In this document: one piece after another, positions 26,406 through 30,149 of the stretch
Layout of the letters: each line of letters opens with the position of its first letter
How positions within the stretch are numbered: position 1 is the stretch's first letter
Source of the DNA: a virus
Lineage: Duplodnaviria; Caudoviricetes
Virus record (IMG/VR): IMGVR_UViG_3300033512_000421
Location: 1 to 30,149 of that record
Length of the DNA: 30,149 nt
Strand: one strand, 5' to 3'
Notes under the pieces: generated by a model
The model's input: the letters and a program-made list of their open reading frames with translations, nothing else
Told to the model about the DNA's origin: nothing
Databases searched by the model: none
Program-made: the position numbers and the translations under genes

Positions 26406-26519
26406 ATGTATTACTTATTGATAGCGGTAGGTTTTTTTGTCATTCTGTGGTTAATAACCCTTTTAAAAAGAAAGATAATGTCAAAGCGCAAGCCGCGTTT
26501 TTATGACCATCTTGATTAA
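26406..26519 (+). CDS. Small membrane peptide (37 aa, not in the ORF track)
   Basis: MYYLLIAVGFFVILWLITLL-KRKIMSKRKPRFYDHLD, with an AAGG RBS. Confidence 0.55.
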   Translation: MYYLLIAVGFFVILWLITLLKRKIMSKRKPRFYDHLD

Positions 26520-27019
26520 TACAAATGCAAATCATCCCGCCGATTACATAAATACCGTTGCGTGAACGGCGGGATATTTGAAGTGGTTTCAATTCCAATA
26601 ATTTCATAAGCTAACTTAATCGTATCCCCACCAACTGAATACAGAATCAACAAATACAGGATGTCGTTTTTCTTCACTTCAAAACCGCCATCCTCTGGCA
26701 GTAAAATTTCAGGTTCAATCAAAAACGTAAATACATCACTATCACCACTGCTCGCATCTTGCCTGTCAGTCATCAATGACGGCGCAAAATTACCATCGGC
26801 TCGCAGCGCGTAAGCATTACCCAGTGGCTCAAAAGTCACATCCTCTTCATCCTCACTGGAAATAACCCCCAAGCCGCCAATTGTAGGCAAACCCATGAGC
26901 GTTGAATCGCTGGGGCGGGTGACTACTTTACGAATCATTTGCGCGTTAAACGTATTCGGATGATTTAACACCACGTTACGCGCTAGTTTATTGATTTGAA
27001 TGGGGACTTGGTGCAGCAT
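26516..27019 (-). CDS. Putative head-closure/neck protein
   Basis: 167 aa, beta-rich, ending KKNDILY...YEIIGIET...RYLC like head-closure folds. Late-operon context. Confidence 0.45.
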   Translation of the reverse strand: MLHQVPIQINKLARNVVLNHPNTFNAQMIRKVVTRPSDSTLMGLPTIGGLGVISSEDEEDVTFEPLGNAYALRADGNFAPSLMTDRQDASSGDSDVFTFLIEPEILLPEDGGFEVKKNDILYLLILYSVGGDTIKLAYEIIGIETTSNIPPFTQRYLCNRRDDLHLY

Positions 27020-27022
27020 GAC

Positions 27023-28093
27023 TTAATTCGCATTGATTTGAGCAATCATTGATGCTTCGATTTCAGGCGGTAATCCTAATTTTTTGATGGCATCAATGGC
27101 ATTGTTTTTTAAAACTTTCTGCTGAGTTGGATTTCTTGGTGGCTTTTTAGGCTTATTCACTTTTTTAACCGCATCCGCCGCCGCTTTACGTTCTTTAGCC
27201 CGTTGCGCCTCAGCTTCCCGTTCAGCAGTTGTTTTGATTTTGTTGGCTTGTTTGCGCTGTTTGACTTGCTGTTCAGCTTCTTCTTGGGTGGCGCGTAAAT
27301 TAGCCTTAGCACTATTGTTTTTGATAGCCTCTTTAATCGCTCTGGCTAAAAAATTGGTCACGGTCATAGAGGACTCAATTTCTGCCATCGTGCGTAAAAT
27401 ATGCTTACACGCAACCCCCGCTAACCCAGGATTGCGGATTTTAGGATACCCGTACTCATCCCTGCCAAACGGTTTGCCAATATTAAAACCGCCAATGGTC
27501 GCAATATAGCGAAACCAAAACCGAAACCGCTTACAGTCGCAATTGAAGCGCAAAGGCTCACGACACAACTTTAACGCGGCTTGTTTAACATCGGTTTCAG
27601 CACCCGATGCAGCAAGGGGAAACGTAATAAACTCGACTTGAACGTGATGCCGCTTTACATCCGAATCAGGGCCTGCGTTGGTAATAAATCGCACCACGTT
27701 ATTATTAAAAGCAACGGGCATTGCCATAAAAATTTCACGGTTAGCGCGTTTTAAGTCGGTTTCCTTACCTGACACTATCATGTCTGCTAAATTAATGACT
27801 TGCCGTGCGGTTATACCACCATTAGCTAACAGCTTTTTACGCTCTTTCAGGCGATTAATATTTTCACGAAAGACAACTAAATCTTCGTTGGTAATCGCTC
27901 GTTTTTTACCGCCCAAAGTCGTTTCTAAGGCACGATTAGCATCATAGTTACCGTGTATATCATTCGGATTTAAAATGACCGACTGCGGGGATTTTTCAGC
28001 GTTTTTGCGTTGGTCAGCATCGGCTTTCTGAATGCGTTTTGCCTCAGCATCCGCACCGCGTAATTTACCTATCCAGTCATTATCTTGCGCCAT
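27023..28093 (-). CDS. SWIM-type zinc-finger morphogenesis protein of P1-like phages
   Basis: CDCKRFRFWFRY...PKIRNPGLAGVACKH (CxC...CxH). Confidence 0.65.
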   Translation of the reverse strand: MAQDNDWIGKLRGADAEAKRIQKADADQRKNAEKSPQSVILNPNDIHGNYDANRALETTLGGKKRAITNEDLVVFRENINRLKERKKLLANGGITARQVINLADMIVSGKETDLKRANREIFMAMPVAFNNNVVRFITNAGPDSDVKRHHVQVEFITFPLAASGAETDVKQAALKLCREPLRFNCDCKRFRFWFRYIATIGGFNIGKPFGRDEYGYPKIRNPGLAGVACKHILRTMAEIESSMTVTNFLARAIKEAIKNNSAKANLRATQEEAEQQVKQRKQANKIKTTAEREAEAQRAKERKAAADAVKKVNKPKKPPRNPTQQKVLKNNAIDAIKKLGLPPEIEASMIAQINAN

Positions 28094-28096
28094 TAA

Positions 28097-28432
28097 TTAA
28101 TCAATCCATGTCGGTTGATAGTTATCACGGTATTCAGGATTACTTTCAAAGCCTGTTTTGCGCTTAATCGCGTAAAGTTGGGCGGGGGTTGGCAAGGCGA
28201 TTCGTTTTTGAGTTAATTCTTGGTCAACACTATCAACACCCGCCGCCGCCATCACTGCTAAAAATTCATGGCGATTACCGTAAACGCGCTCTGAAATCAG
28301 CGTAGCATCCCATGCCTCATCAACAGTAATGTCGTAAAAAATAGCAGGTTGCCACGGCTTAACGCGCTCTGAAAACTTGCGAATTTCTTTGTAAAAATCC
28401 TTAGCCGCTTGGGTATTGACATCAAGACTCAT
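28097..28432 (-). CDS. Baseplate wedge protein with a LysM-like motif
   Basis: YDITVDE..D..LISERVYG......V...AG.D.....L....I.LPT fits gpX/gp53-type wedge proteins. Confidence 0.65.
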   Translation of the reverse strand: MSLDVNTQAAKDFYKEIRKFSERVKPWQPAIFYDITVDEAWDATLISERVYGNRHEFLAVMAAAGVDSVDQELTQKRIALPTPAQLYAIKRKTGFESNPEYRDNYQPTWID

Positions 28433-28434
28433 GG

Positions 28435-29139
28435 CTAAAGCACAGACAAGGTAATCGGGTAGCCGTGCGGGTCATTGGGGTCGCCGTTTGTACCTTTTCC
28501 ATCATTGGGTTCGTTGTCTTTTGGTGCAGAAAATAACGGCACTTGTGCTTTTAAATTCAAGCGAATCGCTAAAATAGCGATGTTTTTTGATTCGGAATCA
28601 ATAGCTTGCGCAGGGGCTTCGGGGGATTCAATTTGTACTGAAAAGTTTAAATCTTGCCCTGCAAATTTATAATTGGCAAAAAACCCTTGGTTGCCGATGG
28701 AATCCATAAATAAAATGAATTGCGCGGCTATCGACTTTGCAGTCGGTTCATCAGCTGTAAAAATAGCCACTTGTGCCGCCAAATCCCCCGCAACGGTTCG
28801 CAACATGAACGCCCTTTCTTTTGGGTCATTTGGCAACATAACGGTTTGCGGTTCACCTAATTGCCGTGTGTAATCCCTACCCGTAGGCATGAAATCACGT
28901 CCAAAAGCGACAATAATCACGGGCAGTTTTGCTGGCATAGTCGCCGCGCCGTCTGTATCGTTGCGTTGCCATGCCGCCAACATTTCTGTCGCTGTATCAA
29001 TCATTCGACTGGGACACCACACAATAGCTTTACCGACTTCACGCGCCACATAGCTGTGCATTGGTTTGGTGGTTGGTACAAGTTGATTAAAAAACCGAAT
29101 CATGTACTGCGAAAAGCCCACTTTGACTGGCTCAAACAT
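28435..29139 (-). CDS. Putative tail terminator/completion protein
   Basis: LPVIIVAFGR motif, size and position in the late operon. Confidence 0.5.
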   Translation of the reverse strand: MFEPVKVGFSQYMIRFFNQLVPTTKPMHSYVAREVGKAIVWCPSRMIDTATEMLAAWQRNDTDGAATMPAKLPVIIVAFGRDFMPTGRDYTRQLGEPQTVMLPNDPKERAFMLRTVAGDLAAQVAIFTADEPTAKSIAAQFILFMDSIGNQGFFANYKFAGQDLNFSVQIESPEAPAQAIDSESKNIAILAIRLNLKAQVPLFSAPKDNEPNDGKGTNGDPNDPHGYPITLSVL

Positions 29140-29960
29140 TACCGCCCCCTTAATTGACTAATCAGCTCGACTGTATCAACAATATCCGCTTTTTCATTGG
29201 CGTTTAAATCCTGAAAACGCGGTAAATGCGCGGCATTTTTGAATGCGTCCACATCACGGCTTAATTGACTCGCACGGTCAGTTGATAATAACGCGGGTAA
29301 ACTAAACGATGTGTCATCTAAAATCGGCTTGCCCGTTGCCAACAGCTCAATCATGGCTTCGTTATCCGCTTGACAGCGATTTAACGCCTCGGTCACTTGG
29401 TCAAGCAACGCATCTTTTTGAGCTAATAAAGCTTGCCAAAAGGCTTCGTTTTCACTGTGTGCAGCAACAATAATGTCATCAAATATCACATTAGCAGAGT
29501 CAAGTAAGTAGCCACGGTTATTGTTAAAATTAGGCATTAATACATAGTCAAACCCATAAAAATCATAGCCATTGCCTACAGGGTCGATTGCAGAGCTAAA
29601 ACCACCGATTTTTTGCCCGTACATTAAAGCCGCTTTTTTGCCGCTGTCTGTCTCTAAAAATTCGCTTTGGTGTTCAATATCCCCATTGGAATAAGCTTTT
29701 AAAAATGTCGTGATAAGTGCAGGTTCAATCTCTGTGTATTTACCACTTATCACCACACTTTCAGCAGGATTCATACCCGCTAAACGGCGCGGGGCATGAC
29801 CGTAATAACCGACCATGCCGCGCGTTTTTATTCTTTCTTGCGCAGCCCCGCCATTAATCGCGTCACATAATTTTTTGATGTCAAAATTACGCTCTTGACC
29901 AAGATGCTTGCGACCTCGGTCTTTCACGTTGTAACGAATTAATGGCGGTTGCTGTGTCAT
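29139..29960 (-). CDS. Prohead (head-processing) protease, P1 Pro-like
   Basis: RGRKHLG..R, GYYGH (His), GGFSSAI (Ser), GFDYV..PNF (Asp), followed by an acidic coiled-coil tail. Confidence 0.85.
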   Translation of the reverse strand: MTQQPPLIRYNVKDRGRKHLGQERNFDIKKLCDAINGGAAQERIKTRGMVGYYGHAPRRLAGMNPAESVVISGKYTEIEPALITTFLKAYSNGDIEHQSEFLETDSGKKAALMYGQKIGGFSSAIDPVGNGYDFYGFDYVLMPNFNNNRGYLLDSANVIFDDIIVAAHSENEAFWQALLAQKDALLDQVTEALNRCQADNEAMIELLATGKPILDDTSFSLPALLSTDRASQLSRDVDAFKNAAHLPRFQDLNANEKADIVDTVELISQLRGR

Positions 29961-29968
29961 GATTTTTC

Positions 29969-30148
29969 CTAAACCAAGGTTTCACTGGTTAGCGTTGCCC
30001 GTGTTGCGACATCTGCAAAAACCGAAGCAATCTGATTAACTTGATATTTGACCGCGTAAGGCAAAACCACTTCTTTTGCCGCCACTTTCCCCACAAATTC
30101 AGCGCAAAATGCGCCCAATTCGTTAAGGGAATCAGTCGATTGCATAAG
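29969..30148 (-). CDS. 3' end of a hypothetical phage gene (partial)
   Basis: Open frame ...LMQSTDSLNELGAFCAEF...TLTSETLV* ends just before the protease RBS. Confidence 0.6.
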   Translation of the reverse strand, partial: LMQSTDSLNELGAFCAEFVGKVAAKEVVLPYAVKYQVNQIASVFADVATRATLTSETLV

Positions 30149-30149
30149 C

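Larger units (their letters stand above)
3873..30149 (-). mobile_element. Integrated P1-like myovirus prophage (morphogenesis region) with a transposon-like left end; continues past the right edge
   Basis: Full head and contractile-tail gene set on the minus strand, C4 antisense switch, higher GC than the left flank, and an abrupt junction inside a host gene. Confidence 0.85.

Overview
The window has two parts. Bases 1-3872 are AT-rich host chromosome: a cluster of Rpn/PD-(D/E)XK 'putative transposase' genes with intragenic and duplicated RpnS-like C-termini, two ~170-bp repeated intergenic blocks, and a Calx-beta/FG-GAP surface-protein gene broken off mid-repeat. From ~3873 to the right edge is the morphogenesis region of an integrated P1-like contractile-tailed prophage, almost all on the minus strand (prohead protease, portal, major capsid, sheath, BplB-like tube, SLT+NlpC/P60 tape measure, baseplate genes, two DNA methyltransferases), interleaved with self-regulated accessory islands. 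The notable point is that the prophage's left boundary looks like a DDE-transposon end (TG dinucleotide followed by five AAGTTGACCT-containing sites) rather than an att site. The element also carries two separated pieces of what appears to be one DDE transposase family: a catalytically degenerate core (6661-8052) and the N-terminal DNA-binding region fused to a Rha antirepressor (15783-16760). The Rha fusion is under a complete C4-type antisense RNA switch, with a sixth copy of the end motif beside its promoter. Working hypothesis: a transposable P1-like phage with domesticated transposase domains. All protein calls rest on motif recognition and recall of families, not on database searches.
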